64,000 nucleotides of DNA from Eledone cirrhosa (lineage: Eukaryota): the NCBI GenBank assembly GCA_964016885.1, contig OZ024756.1:25916001-25980000 (forward strand). The letters are read 5' to 3'. The translations under genes and the position numbers were made by a program. The notes under the pieces are model-generated. The model had not been told where the DNA came from. It saw only the letters and a list, made by a program, of their open reading frames with translations, and made no database searches. Shown here piece by piece: positions 1-51,000 of the stretch (positions are counted from its first letter, which is position 1; the number at the start of each line of letters is the position of its first letter).

Positions 1-293
1 CACGTAATACCTTCAGCGGCCGCCCACCTCATTTCCAGAGAGAGAGCTGCCTAAACGCAAATTGTAAATAATATATAAAAAATAAAATCATTAATTCATA
101 TATAATAAATAAGATAATATATACTATGTATAAATAAATATTATATATTTTTTTATTTTACTATATTTATATATATGTATCATTTAATATTTTATATATC
201 TTTATATCATCTCTAACCCTTAAGCCGCAGCGCCCTCCTGGACCTTCTCCAACGCCCCCTGGTGGGCGGTAGCACCCTTTTTGAGAACCTCTG
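1..293. mobile_element. Right end of a hAT/Charlie-like MITE
   Basis: Ends TTTGAGAACCTCTG, a CAGRGGTTCTCAAA-type TIR. A similar end, TTTGAAAAACCCTG, is at about 14660-14673. Confidence 0.5.
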
Positions 294-2638
294 TTCTACA
301 TCCTTCAACTGGACACAGAGAAGATGACAAAGGACATTGCCATGGTGAACAGCCAGGCGAATGTTATGCTACCCAATGAGGTTCCTTCCCCAGGCATAAT
401 GTCATCATCATCACTGTTTTTCGTCCATTCTTCCACGCTAGCATGGGTTAGACAAGTTGTCCTGTTGTTGGCAATGCCAGATCAGGTGACCATGTCTCAC
501 TCATACAGGACTGATTTCTACAGCTGGATGCCCTTCCTAACTCGAACCTCATTTACAGTGAGTACTGGTTTCTTTTTTACCGTGACACCTACACGACCAC
601 TTTACAGGGGGGCATACTGTCTATATGCTTCATCACTCAGATTTATTTACATGACTCACACTTATATTTTATGGATAGTCCCCACTAGCTGAATTTCAAT
701 AGGACTTTAAATGAAACAAAAATAGTTTTGAAAGAAGAATTTATTCATAAACAGAAACATAAGTTTTTTTTTTTTTAATTGCAAGACATTTATGGTGGTC
801 TCTTTCTTGTTCACTCTGTTTCCCATACTCTTTTGCCACCCACTTCTCCAACCATAGATGTATGTATATTTAATATGTCTCAGTTTGTCTTTGATATAAA
901 TAGGGTTTGACTATAGCCCTCTTTGTGGCCAGAAGAATATGGTTTCTAATCTTCTGATGAAACCCGTAAAGGCAATTTCTCATGTATTTTTTCTTTGTAT
1001 TATGGAAATAACAATGTTTTTCATCTTTTCTTCGCCCACTTATTCCTGATGGGGTCTTAGGGGCAGAGTCCTCAAGCACTTCTTCCAGCAGGTCATGTCA
1101 GAAGCAACCATTTTCAACTGATCCTGTTGGATCCCCAAACAAGACTAGCCAAGCTATGGATGTTATCCAACCATCTTGCTCAAGATCTACTCCTGTGTCC
1201 CCTGCCTGTTGGTTTCACCCATAAAATCTGTCCAGCGATTCTTTCCTGAGACATTCTAACCACATGCCCATAGTATCGGAGCTGTGATCTCTCAATTTGG
1301 AGAAGTAGCAGCTCTACCTGGAGGGTCTCTCTGATCTCCGAGCTATGCAATTTATCAAGTAATGTTGTTTTCCATATTTATTGAAATTTTCACAACAAGG
1401 CTCAAAAACTATAATTATACCTACATTGAACTTATGTTAGAATTTATGATATATAGTGTGTTGTGCATAAATAACATGCAACAGGGATAGTCAAAACAGA
1501 AGTATAATTGGTATAAAAATATAACAACAATGCTCAGAGCAGAAATATGAAAATAATAAATATTAAATATTTATTGCAATTAAATTCTTTGGAGAAACAA
1601 AATTGTTTTCTTTATTTGGAGTGAGTTACTTTTCATTCAATTGTTTTATATTAGCAACACGACAAGATGATTATTATCGCCATTCTTAACTCATCAGATA
1701 AGTGTGAATATTTCATATTACAGCTGTTTGTGCTGGGCCCTTAAACAATATACTTAACTATACCATATTAGAACCTTAAACAATACATTAAACTATTCCA
1801 TGTTTGAATCTGAAACCATACATTTAACTATCCTTCCTCAGACTATTTAACCCTTTTGTGACCATATTTCTAATGGAATACACTATATTTCAATTAATTT
1901 ATGAAAAATTTGTGAGGGATTTACTAAAATTATTAATTATTTCATTTCAAAGATAGTAACTTACGAAATGGCTCTTGTATAAAGTTTTGTTTGAAGAATT
2001 TGATTGAAACAGACACCCTTTAAAATATGGTTTTGTTTCATAGAACCAGAGCCAGTTTTGGTTGGTTGGGTTATATAAGGACTAAAATATTAAAAGAAAC
2101 AGTATTTTAGCTTTTCTAAAACCCAACTGTCTGAAACTGTCCCTACTGTTATTTTTAAAATGTTTATATTTATCTATAAGACTTTCCATCATAATTTTAT
2201 GTAAGAACCTTTATTAAGTTATGCCCCAAACACTAGTTTAATAATTAGAAAATTAATACTATTACCAAACCCTTCCAAATTCTTGGTGATTTTTCACAAT
2301 TATTTGAAAATAATAGTCAGTGTCTTTCATTAAAAATATAGTAACACAAAAATTGTACTATCAGATACAGGTACTATCTTTCATTAGAAATATGGTATTG
2401 AAAGAATTAAACTTAGAATTTAACCTTTTTAATACTAACCCATCTAAAACCACCTATTTTAAAGGGTTCTTATCTAAATCACAATTTTCCACCATTATTT
2501 GATATAAAAACTTTAAAAATTATTTTACAAATATCCTCTTGATAATTAAATAATTAATAATTTTAGTAAATCCTTCCAAATTCTTCATTAATTAACTGAA
2601 AAACAGCATTTGTAATTAGAGGTATAGTAAAGAAAGTG

Positions 2639-4942
2639 TTAAAATAACATTTCTCTTGATCTCAAGACATTCTCCAAAATAGCGATGTCAAGTTGTAAAA
2701 GAACAAAAGAGGATGGCGGCTCTGTGTACTTTGATGTTGATTTAGACAATTTATTTTCATCTTTGTTGTTTTGAAGTTGACATTTTCTCTCTCTTAACTG
2801 TTTATGTAATGCAGTTTTACTGCTTTTGATATTAATTCCCCGATATGTTGACCATAGCTCAGCTGCACTCTCAAACTGCTTTAATTGTATCATAGTCAAA
2901 ACACAATTGAAAGAAAGAAGATCATTCGGTGAAATCTGCAGACCCAATCGAAAGCAATGTACAGCATCTTTATACTGTTGTCTGCTCTGGAGTATAACTG
3001 CTATATTGTTGTAAACAGCTTGAACGACATCTATGTATGGAACCTGGATATGAGTGGTATTGTTTGACAATGGAACAGACGAGCAACAATCTACTTTCTT
3101 CTGTTTCTCTGTAGGCTGTTGCAGAGTTGGGGCTTTACTTAATAGTTCAGGGTTCTCTTTGATAGTGTGTGTTGCAAGCTGCAACGTCTGGACAGATTCG
3201 TCCAGCTGGTTGATATGAACAAATGAATCAGCTTTATACAGTAAAGCAAGTAAAGTGGTTTGGAGAAGAGACAAACACCTGTTAGTGTCATTGTGGATGT
3301 GGTCAGGTGAATGACCAACACTTGCCATAGAATAGCTCTGTACATTTGACATTGTCGAACTGCCTGGGAAAAGGTATTCATCATCATCACCATCATCATC
3401 AGACCTGTTAGAGTGATAAGACATCATTGAAATTGTGTGAGGAAATTCAATGGAATTTCTGTTCAGGCAAGACAATAACCAATTACAAATAATAATACAT
3501 TCTTGATACTTTTCTGATTTTACCATACAAAATGCTGCTTCCAGATAGATTTGTGTGGCGCTAGGTAAGGGACAAGATGGCATCCATGTCGTGGGGGGCT
3601 GAAGGAAATTATTGTCCCTGAAATAATCCAACAGATCAAGGTAATATTCAGCTGCTTCGTCAAAGTGATTCTCTTGCAGACATCTTCTGCCAATAAGATA
3701 CATAACGTGGGGCAGATGTACGTATGTACCGTACATATCTGAACATTGAGTTAGTTTCATTTTATCATACTGGACCAAATAAACCATAGCCTGTTGTTGT
3801 GAAGTGACAGTCGTGTTTAAAGCAGCAATGAGGTGTTTCAAAGTGTCTAGCTCAGCCTGTACACTGTTCTGTTGTTGATAGACAATAGCAATGTTGTAGA
3901 GAGGAACAAGGAAAGAGAAGTCGCAATTTAAAGCCGCTTGAAATTTCCCCACGGCACTCCAATACTTGCCTAATTTGAAATAACAACAGCCCTCTAGGTT
4001 TAGAAACAAAGTAGACTGTACATCATTGTATTTTATGTCTTCTTCTCCCTGGATACATTTCAATGCTGCTTCAAACATACAGTTGCGGTAGAGAGAATGA
4101 GCTTTAATATAAACAATATATACTCTATATGTGTTCTCCGAAACAAAATCATCCGGTTTGTAACTAGCTTCGGACATAGTGATAGAGGACTCGAACGTTT
4201 TGAGAACAAGAGCCAGTTGTTGTACAAGGAGGTGGGAACTTTTTAGTTTTTCCTTGAAACCAACTGGAACGGGAGTAGCAAAACATATTTTCCATTCAGA
4301 TTTGCTTGTTGCTGGTTCCACTGTGCGAAACTTGTGACAAATGTCGAGCAGAGTTTGCTCGTCCGAGGAAACGGCAAGACAATAACATAATATTAAGACT
4401 GGCTGCAAATAAAACAAAGGGAAATCAGTGTTTGACTTACGTCCATTATTAATAGTATCAGATTTTCTAGATGTAACTTGAGGACTGCCGAATTTATTAT
4501 AATCGACGACTCTTTCTAAAGTTCTTTCCAAATGAGATCTGTGAACATGCAGCGAAATTCCAGAGGAGTCGTTTGTGGAAGCCAGCAGTCGTGTTGTATA
4601 GAAAAATAAGAAATTGTAGAGAACAATACATTCTAGAATCAAAGTCTGACATTGTTTGACATCATCGCTCCGATAATAAATACTTCTAACTTTAGTTAAT
4701 AAATTCTCAAAAGTTTTCAAAAATTCCGCCAAACCTTCGTCGAATGGATCATGTGACGTTTGACATTTGTCCCATACCGACCTAAACAACAAGATATTAT
4801 TGTCTCTCACCCATTCTAAGATATCAAATGTCGGGAATTGCAGTTTTTCTAACGATTCAATAGCCTTCAAACACTGACCAGAGAGAAACACGTTGATAGC
4901 TGAATGTATTGACGATAGAACAAGTGCTTCGTTCGTAGACAT
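2639..4942 (-). CDS. FANCG: Fanconi anemia group G-like TPR protein, single coding exon, 767 aa
   Basis: 2304-bp uninterrupted ORF from ATG 4942 (context aacaacATG). TPR helices match remembered FANCG motifs in order: AELDTLKHLIAAL (human AELESLELLVEAL), GRRCLQENHFDEAAEYYLDLL ([21 protein letters not shown]), QIYLEAAFCMVKSEKYQECIIICNWLL ([27 protein letters not shown]). The track's start at 5074 lies in a MITE. Confidence 0.8.
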   Translation of the reverse strand: MSTNEALVLSSIHSAINVFLSGQCLKAIESLEKLQFPTFDILEWVRDNNILLFRSVWDKCQTSHDPFDEGLAEFLKTFENLLTKVRSIYYRSDDVKQCQTLILECIVLYNFLFFYTTRLLASTNDSSGISLHVHRSHLERTLERVVDYNKFGSPQVTSRKSDTINNGRKSNTDFPLFYLQPVLILCYCLAVSSDEQTLLDICHKFRTVEPATSKSEWKICFATPVPVGFKEKLKSSHLLVQQLALVLKTFESSITMSEASYKPDDFVSENTYRVYIVYIKAHSLYRNCMFEAALKCIQGEEDIKYNDVQSTLFLNLEGCCYFKLGKYWSAVGKFQAALNCDFSFLVPLYNIAIVYQQQNSVQAELDTLKHLIAALNTTVTSQQQAMVYLVQYDKMKLTQCSDMYGTYVHLPHVMYLIGRRCLQENHFDEAAEYYLDLLDYFRDNNFLQPPTTWMPSCPLPSATQIYLEAAFCMVKSEKYQECIIICNWLLSCLNRNSIEFPHTISMMSYHSNRSDDDGDDDEYLFPGSSTMSNVQSYSMASVGHSPDHIHNDTNRCLSLLQTTLLALLYKADSFVHINQLDESVQTLQLATHTIKENPELLSKAPTLQQPTEKQKKVDCCSSVPLSNNTTHIQVPYIDVVQAVYNNIAVILQSRQQYKDAVHCFRLGLQISPNDLLSFNCVLTMIQLKQFESAAELWSTYRGINIKSSKTALHKQLRERKCQLQNNKDENKLSKSTSKYTEPPSSFVLLQLDIAILENVLRSREMLF

Positions 4943-5033
4943 GTTGTTTTTGGAGGGAAATAGAGTTATCTCCCTTAGATAATATCCGAAATTGTTGTTG
5001 TTATTGTTATTGAGACATATATATATATATATA

Positions 5034-5206
5034 CAGACCTGCCAACCTCTAAAAGTCGAAACGGGGAGTACCATGAAAAAAGGTGCACCAAAACGGGGAG
5101 AAATAAGGTAAAATAGGGAGATTTTACATAATGAAAGCTATACCCATTTTCACAAGAGAAGACATCTCTCACCCACCCCAAAGTGGGTGGGAGAGTTGAT
5201 TGGTCT
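5034..5206. mobile_element. hAT-like MITE inserted in a TA tract just upstream of the FANCG-like ATG
   Basis: Imperfect TIRs CAGACCTGCCAAC / GTTGATTGGTCTG, flanked by (TA)n on both sides. Confidence 0.6.
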
Positions 5207-6299
5207 GTATATATATATACTATAATCCTTTCATACATAGATCATATGTATTTAACAGTGGTTACTAAAATATTAAATGAGTAGTTGGAAATAGGGGACA
5301 ACATTTTACATCTGACCTCGGCCTAATACCAACTTCACAGTGGTTTGGTCCTACATATCTATCTCTCTAAAAAAAGATGATAATGATAGGTAGGTTTTTT
5401 GGTCATAAGTCAGGTGAACCCAGGTAGATAGGAATAAAGAACAAGAGCAACAGCACGTTTTCATTCACTCGACGGCCCACTTGGCATTACTTAAATGCCA
5501 TATGGCTAGTCAGTTTCTGACCTACGTAGTCATCTGATCTGATCTCTAAATAGAGAAAACAGGAGCTTGTGATGTTCATGCCTTCCTAAATGGCATTAAA
5601 TGTTATGAAATCGTTACATCTGGTGATCTAAGATTGGCAGCGGTCTTCGATTAATTTCAAAAGCTACGTTTTAATCACAAAGGGTACCACCATCTGTGGT
5701 AATTATAGTGTGAAACGCCCGACTTTGAATATTAACTGACATAATAGAAATATGAAAAAGTAGATGTATAGGTGTGCAAAACAGCGAGAGAAACAGAGAA
5801 TAAGAGGGAGAAAGACAAAACAGAGTGTTAGTGTAAGAGAGAGAGAGTAAATGGAAGTGAATAGTTTGGGAGAAAGAGGAAGTTAGATATTGACACGTGA
5901 AAGAAATATAAAAATTATTGGGAAGAGACGGCGAAAGATAGGACAGGGAGGATAAGGGAGAAATTACAGATGTGGGGGTGGGATGGTGTAAGATAGAGTA
6001 AGAGAGAAACAGAGAAGATGAGGGACAGAGACTGAGAAGGGGAGAAGATAAGTGAAACAAGAATGAGAGAAAACAAAATAGAAGTGAAAAAAAGAGTTTA
6101 AAAAGATAAGTCGAGAGAGATAAAAAAAAATATAATGAAGAGGGGGAGAGAGATGACGTAAACGAGATAGAGTGACAGAAAGACAACTGAAGAAAAAACA
6201 GAATAACAAGTGAAAGAGGAAAAAAATTGAGAGAAGGAATAGAGTAAAATGAAAAGAGATTGAGAAAGAGAGAACAACGAAACAGGAAAGAAACTAGAA

Positions 6300-6617
6300 A
6301 CAACAAGCGGTCCCCAGTGACATCCGGTTTTCCGTTTTATGTTATAGTATAATTATGATAGCCTAATAAAGACGTATATGAAAACATATGCTATATATTA
6401 ATGTATAATAAACATATAAGTCCAGCTATAGGTATTTTAAGCCACAATTACATAAAATAACCTGTCTTAAATTTAACCCTGGCAACAACAACGAACGACC
6501 CCCCACTGATATCCCGTTCCCCGCCCCTTTCACTTGTTATAGTATGGTAGCCTGTCCTCAAGTCAACGCTGGCAACTACAACAAAATTAATGTGAAACAG
6601 CACGACTAAGAGAAAAA
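6300..6617. promoter_or_regulatory. Putative bidirectional promoter for FANCG-like and NSMAF
   Basis: Lies between divergent ATGs 1.68 kb apart. ETS-like ACCGGATGT on the minus strand near 6320-6328 and GC box CCCGCCCC near 6519-6527, in locally CpG-richer sequence. Confidence 0.45.
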
Positions 6618-44595
<37,978 letters not shown>

Positions 44596-44919
44596 TGCCT
44601 CACCCTATCCCTACAGGGACCAACAACACACCCATTCCATGAAAGGTGGGGAGGAGTGTTGCTACAAGATTACAATGGCACTGCGATACTACTACAACAC
44701 TATTGCTATATAATACCACTGCTGCTACATCACTACTCTCCACTATAGAAAACTGTTGCCATGACAATGACCTTGAAACCAGCCTCCACTTCTCATATCT
44801 GTGATTTCTTTTACAAAGTAAACTAATCTGCTCTATATTTGGTTCTTTGGTTTTTCTTTGCTATAGTCAACCTTACCATCATGAAAGCAACAATAATCCC
44901 TAGGCCAGAACATATACAT

Positions 44920-45070
44920 TAGATTAAAAATTTTTTTTTTATTCATAAACTGAAACAATTGTTTAATCATTAGTATATAGTTTTGTCTTTAAACTGGACA
45001 CTCAAGCACATACACACACACACCCACCCCTACACATATATTACAGAGACACTCATGTATTAATAAATAA
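44920..45070. terminator. Converging poly(A) signals of NSMAF and NOMO
   Basis: Plus strand: ATTAAA 44923-44928 and AATAAA 45062-45067. Minus strand: AATAAA (TTTATT 44938-44943). Confidence 0.5.
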
Positions 45071-45088
45071 AACCCAAACACAGAAATT

Positions 45089-48000
45089 TCAATCAGATTT
45101 CCTTGATTTAAATCTTCGTTTACTTGGATTCATCTCAGTTACTAATAATGAGGGATCTGTGATGATTGGATTACTTGGTTCTACTGCTGTCACCTGAGAG
45201 ACCACCTTCCTAGCTTGGTTGATGACGTCCACCAAAGATATCTGGGAAAAGAAAAATTGAAATTTAAGCCATGACAAAATGCACTCAGAGAGCATGGAAT
45301 TTTAAGTCGAGTAGCCGAACACTTGCTGCTGGGAAAATGGAATGTCTTAACTGTTTTGATATCAGTTGGCCCCCCAAACCATCCATTTTAAATAGTTTGT
45401 CTATATTTAAATCTAACATTAAGTTCTTTAATTGAAATATTAGGGATTCACTTATCAGGTGTTTTAATGAGGGTCCCCAATCCTATCATTATATATACAT
45501 ACACCTAGGCATCTCATAGGAGGCCTCAGTCCTATAGCAAAAAGCAAGATGAAATAAAACATCTTGCTCAGGAATTGAACGAATAACCACCACTAATCCA
45601 TGTCATCACAAAGATAAAGTTCTTTATATATATATACACAATTCTTTTACTGGTTTCATTCTTTAAGGCAATCACATCAACATCCAGTAATTTTATCAAT
45701 CTCTTTTGTCAAACTGCTAAGTTATGAGACATGGACACACTACAAGCTAATTCAACAGATAATTAGCTACTGCAATGTGGAAATTATTATTTTTTTTTAA
45801 AGTCAAAATTCAATTGACAGCTGTGTTTCAAAGCCAGCATGGGTTGGACAGATCCTCTCCACCTTTGTGAGCTTCAGTGTTTTGAGATCAACTATAATAA
45901 TAACCTCTGTCATCTGATACTTCTTCACTCACCATTCATCTATATGCACCACAGTTCATCTGATTTCTCTAATATTACACAAGCAATGGAACATGCTCAT
46001 TTCATTTCTCTCCAGTCACACAGCCATGCACTTTTCACTTACCTTGCTTAGGTTATGTCGGAACTTATGTGCCATATAGATGGCTCCCAGAACCAGCAGA
46101 GCAAATGGCAGTAGCAAGAATGATGTCTGGTTGAGATCTTGATCCAAGAGACGGCGCTGATATACAGAAATTGGTAAAACAAAATCTTAGATGTCTGCTA
46201 GATTTATAACAGAGTTTAAGAAGTGTGTGTGTGTGTATACAGTGTACCCCTGGCATTCGTGGTCCCGGTTATTCACGGAATTTTCCTTAGAACCTAACTA
46301 ATAATTGTTTGTGAAAACCACCGCATATTGGTGGAATCATAAATATCTTCTGCAATTTTTTAAACAGCTTTTTTCGTGACAATATATATTTTTTTAACGC
46401 TAAATTATTAATAATATACCGTATTTGTCGGCCTATTATCTTTTATGGATCACATACAATATTCGCAGTTTTTCACTCCTCACGGGAGCTCTAGGAAGGT
46501 AACCCCCACGAATACCTGGGGACAACTGTATATCTTTTAGCCAGTTACATAAAAGGACAGTCATTCAATTTGATGTTTAGTTAAAACGACTGTAAACTTC
46601 CAAGAAAGGATATTTAGAAGCTTGATGAGTTGTGGTGCACCTGGGCACTGTACACAATAATTTCATTATTATTATTATTATTTAAGAGTAAATGCTTCGA
46701 AACACTTGAGTGGCTTTTCTTACCTTGGGTTCAAACTTGAATGTAAAATGTTTATAGGCTGTCTCTGCAACAAAACTGTATTCTGGCAGTTGATAGTCAT
46801 ACATGGAGCGAGACAGAGAACTTTCCAATCGCAAGTTGTATTCCTGAAGTTATAATAATATATACATAGATAGATAATTAATAATTGTTTCTACTTTTGG
46901 CATAAGGCCAACAATTATCCCAGTGCATTACTGGTACTTTATTTTATCGACCCCATAAGGATGAAAGGCAAAGTTAACCTCGGCGGGATTTGGGACAAAT
47001 CAACAACATAATCATCCACCATAAGAGCCCCATGAGGAAATAGCTTACCTTGTGGTCTGTTGGTAGAGAGGGTAGATAAAAAAAGCTTGTAGCACCAAGT
47101 GAAACACTGTAGGTAGGGGAGTCTGGACTCTCTTCTTTATACAACACAACCTGTTTGAAGACATAAGAATGGTAACTGTTGAATGAAGGGTGAGAGGACA
47201 GTAAGTGAGTGCCAAGTCAAAGACCAATTATTGCTAAGATATGGCGACAGACAATCTACAATACTCACCTTTAAACTGTTCAGAAAGTCATTATTTGGTG
47301 TAATAACATTTCCACTGATGTCCATTTGGTTTAAACGTCGAAATGCGATGATGTTGACATTAAGAAGGTCTTCATTCTCCACCTGCACAGAATAAAAGCA
47401 TCATTATATATATATCATCATCATTTTAACATCCACTTTTCCAAGTTGGCATGGGTTAGACTGGCTATTTTGAGACAATATTTTAGAGCCAGATGTTCTT
47501 TTTGACACCAACCCTTTCAGCTGCTTCTTATGAGATGTAGGGATACAATCACACAAAACCCATGCTAGCGTGGAAGATAGACGATGATGATGATAGATAA
47601 AATAAGTACCATAATAGAAAAATTAAGTACTGGGTTTGGCATGATCAACTAAATCCATCAAAGGTAGAGCTCCAGCATGGCCATAGTCTAATGACTGAAA
47701 CCAATGAAAGAGTAAACTCTTTTGATATGAAACTGCTTGAAATGAGCCTTGGTTCAACAAGACAGTTGCTTATTTTCAAGTGGTTTTAGATTTATCTAAA
47801 AACCTTTCATTATAAATTTATGTTATGTTCCTAACATCAGCTTAATAGTGAGAAAATTAGTTATATTACTAAATCCTTCCAAAATCATGATTATTTTCAA
47901 AATGATTTGAAAATTATAGGTAGTGTCTTTCATTAGAAATATGGTAACAAGGGTTAAGAAGTACTTACCGTATGCAGGCTAGACTTTGGTGCTGACCGTT

Positions 48001-51000
48001 CTAAATGGTTATTCTCAACTTTTTTCAACTGAATCTGATAGGTGACATTGGGCTAGAAGCAGAAACAGCAAGAAACATTTTATCAGTTAATTACAAGAAA
48101 CAATTCTACACTGTTGTTGTAGACTCCGAAGTGTGTTTAGAGTGTATAGCTTGAAGATCAGAGTTGCTTCAGGTAAAGCTGCTACTTCTCCGAATTAAGA
48201 GATCACAGCTCTGATTCTACAGATATGTAGTCAGAATGTCTAAGGAAAGAATCGCTGGACAGATTTAACAAGCAAAACCAACTGGCAGGAAAGGAAACCC
48301 AGGGGTAGACCATGAGCAAGATGGTTGGATAATATCCATGAGCTTGGTTGATCTCACTTGGAAATCCAGCTGGATCAATGGGGAGAGTTGCTTCTGGCAG
48401 GACCTGCTGGAAGGCATCTGCCTCCATGACCCTTCCAGGAATGAGTGGGTGAGAAAAAGTTCTACACTGAACCCAGTGTGATAATTACATGAAAACAAAA
48501 ACTTAATTCTCACTAATTGATTCTTAACATCCCTTACCACATGAAACCACATTAGCAAGACAATCTTGAAAAGTATAAAACAGCACTATGACTGTATCAC
48601 ATTAAAAATTGTTTTTATTTTAGTAAATCCCTCAAAATATTTCATTAATTTAAATAGAGTGTATTTTATTAAAGAAAAAAAAATGATCTACTCACAGAAA
48701 GTCCTCGAATTCGGTAGGTTCCATCTTGTTCAGACTTACTTTCCTCTTGGTATTGGACAGAACCAGACACACTCACTGCTTCAACTAAAACTCCAGCTTC
48801 TGGTTCACCATTCAGGGAACTCACACGACCATAACAACTGTACATAGAAGAACAGGTTATTATATAACGGTGATGGTGTGTTGGTATGGTGATATGATGA
48901 TGATGCTGGCAGTGGTGGTGGTATGGTATGGTGTGATGGTATGGTGGTGAAGATGACAATGGTGATGATGCTGGTATATGGTGGTGGTGGTGTGGATGAC
49001 AATGGTGATGATGATAATGCTGGTGGTGGTGTGATGGTATGGTGGTGAAGATGACAATGGTGGTGATGATGATAATGCCGGTAGTGGTGATGGTGATATG
49101 GTGGTGATGATGATAAAGCAGGTGGTGGTAGTGTGATGGTGGTAGCGGCGATGATGGTTACCTGTAAGCCTCACGGAATCCCTTGATTGTCACATTGATT
49201 CTGGTACCTTCCAGAACACTAATCATCTGGCTGGCTGGTTCAAACCTGTATTCCTTCATCATGGGCCGCAGGAAATAACGACCTGGACTCTGCACAGAAA
49301 ACACAAACAATCATCATCACTATCACTAACATCATCATCGCTTGACTTCCCTAATGAAGTCAAACCACGATGGTGAAACATGCTGGTGAATGGTGTGTCA
49401 CCAACCTGTCATGTGATTAGAAGCTATATCAGATCTCTAGCAATGGTCAATGTGACACGCTGGAGGTGATCTTTTCACATTAACTACAAATCACACATAA
49501 TATACACAAATTAAGAAATGACAATGGAGTAGGAGGTGTAGGCATCACACTAGCTAAAAATGATAACGATAAAGATGACATATAAATGTATATATATAAT
49601 AAAATATAATATAATATATATATATAATCGGGCAGTGGATTGGCAGTATCGGTAGAGGGTCGGACGCCATGCTTTGATGCATAGAGTTCAAATCCCGCCG
49701 AGGTTAACTTTGCCTTTCATCCTTACGGGGTCGATAAAATAAAGTACCAGTAATGCACTGGGTAATTGCTGGGCTTGTGCCAAAAGTAGAAACAATTATA
49801 TATATAATATAATACATATATATATATAGTAATGTGGCCATGTAGATAGCACGGCAAAAAGTTCCCAGTTCCACACTGTAAATGTGGTTGGTGTTAGGAA
49901 GGGCATCCAGCCGTAGAAAACCTGCCAGATAGTCCTATATGAGCGAGACACGGCCACCCGACCAACCTTGCCTCAAGTGGGACAACTCCCGTCTAACCCA
50001 TGCTAGCGTGGAAAGTGGACGTTAAACGAGTATGATGATGATGATATAATATATATATATATATAGCACTCACTGTAAATGAGGTTGGTGTTAGGAAGAG
50101 CATCCAGTTGTAGAAATCAAGCCAGAATCAGTTCCCGTCCCACTCTTGCAAGCAGGGAAAAGTGGACGTAAAATGATGATGATGATGATATATATATCAT
50201 CCTCATCCTTTTATGTCCGTCTTTATATATATAATATTGCCCAGATGGTTCTATAGAAATAGTGGACACCTACTATATATATATATATATATATGTTGTT
50301 CCGAAGGACTGGCATAGCAGCATCATCGTTAACTGTTATAAGGGTAAAGGAGACGCCCTAGATAGGAGTAACTATAGAGGCATTAAACTAATCGACCAGG
50401 TCATGAAGGTCACGGAAAGAGTAATAGCGCAACTAATCAGAGAGAGAATTGACCTAGATGAAATGCAGTTCGGGTTTGTGTCAGGCAAAAGTACCACAGA
50501 CGCTCTTTTCATAGTACGACAACTACAAGAGAAGTACCTAGCTAAAGGTAAACCCCTCTACTTAGCTTTTGTCGACTTGGAGAAAGCCTTCGACAGAGTC
50601 CCCCGCTCCATTATCTGGTGGGCTCTTAGAAAACTAGGCGTTGACGAATGGCTTGTGAGGGCTATACAAGCCATGTATAAAGAAACAGTCAGCAAGGTTA
50701 GAATTAACAACAAATATAGTGAAGAGTTTAGCGTAAAAGTCGGCGTCCATCAGGGCTCTGTTCTCAGTCCACTACTATTTATTATTGCCCTTCAGGCCAT
50801 AACAGAGGAGTTCAAGACAGGCTGCCCATGGGAACTCCTATACGCAGACGACCTGACACTCATAGCGGAATCAATGGCCGAGCTAGAGAAGAAATTCCAA
50901 ACATGGAAGCACGGCCTAGAGTCAAAAGGACTTAAAATTAACCTGGCTAAGACCAAAGTACTAGTTTGTAGGAAAGAAAACAAGGCGGCGGTCCCTTCTG

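Noticed and set aside
740-780. T-run as the retrocopy poly(A) tail of the FANCG-like gene
   Set aside because: The nearest minus-strand AATAAA is on the wrong side of the run, no TSD is visible, and it is 1.9 kb from the stop.
4943-5074. N-terminal 44-aa extension of the 811-aa ORF
   Set aside because: It crosses a MITE, (TA)n and (AAC)n; ATG 4942 is the more plausible start.
5671-6306. 211-aa hydrophobic ORF
   Set aside because: Translation of a CT-rich low-complexity tract; the same applies to most of 23644-24186 and to 22349-22625.
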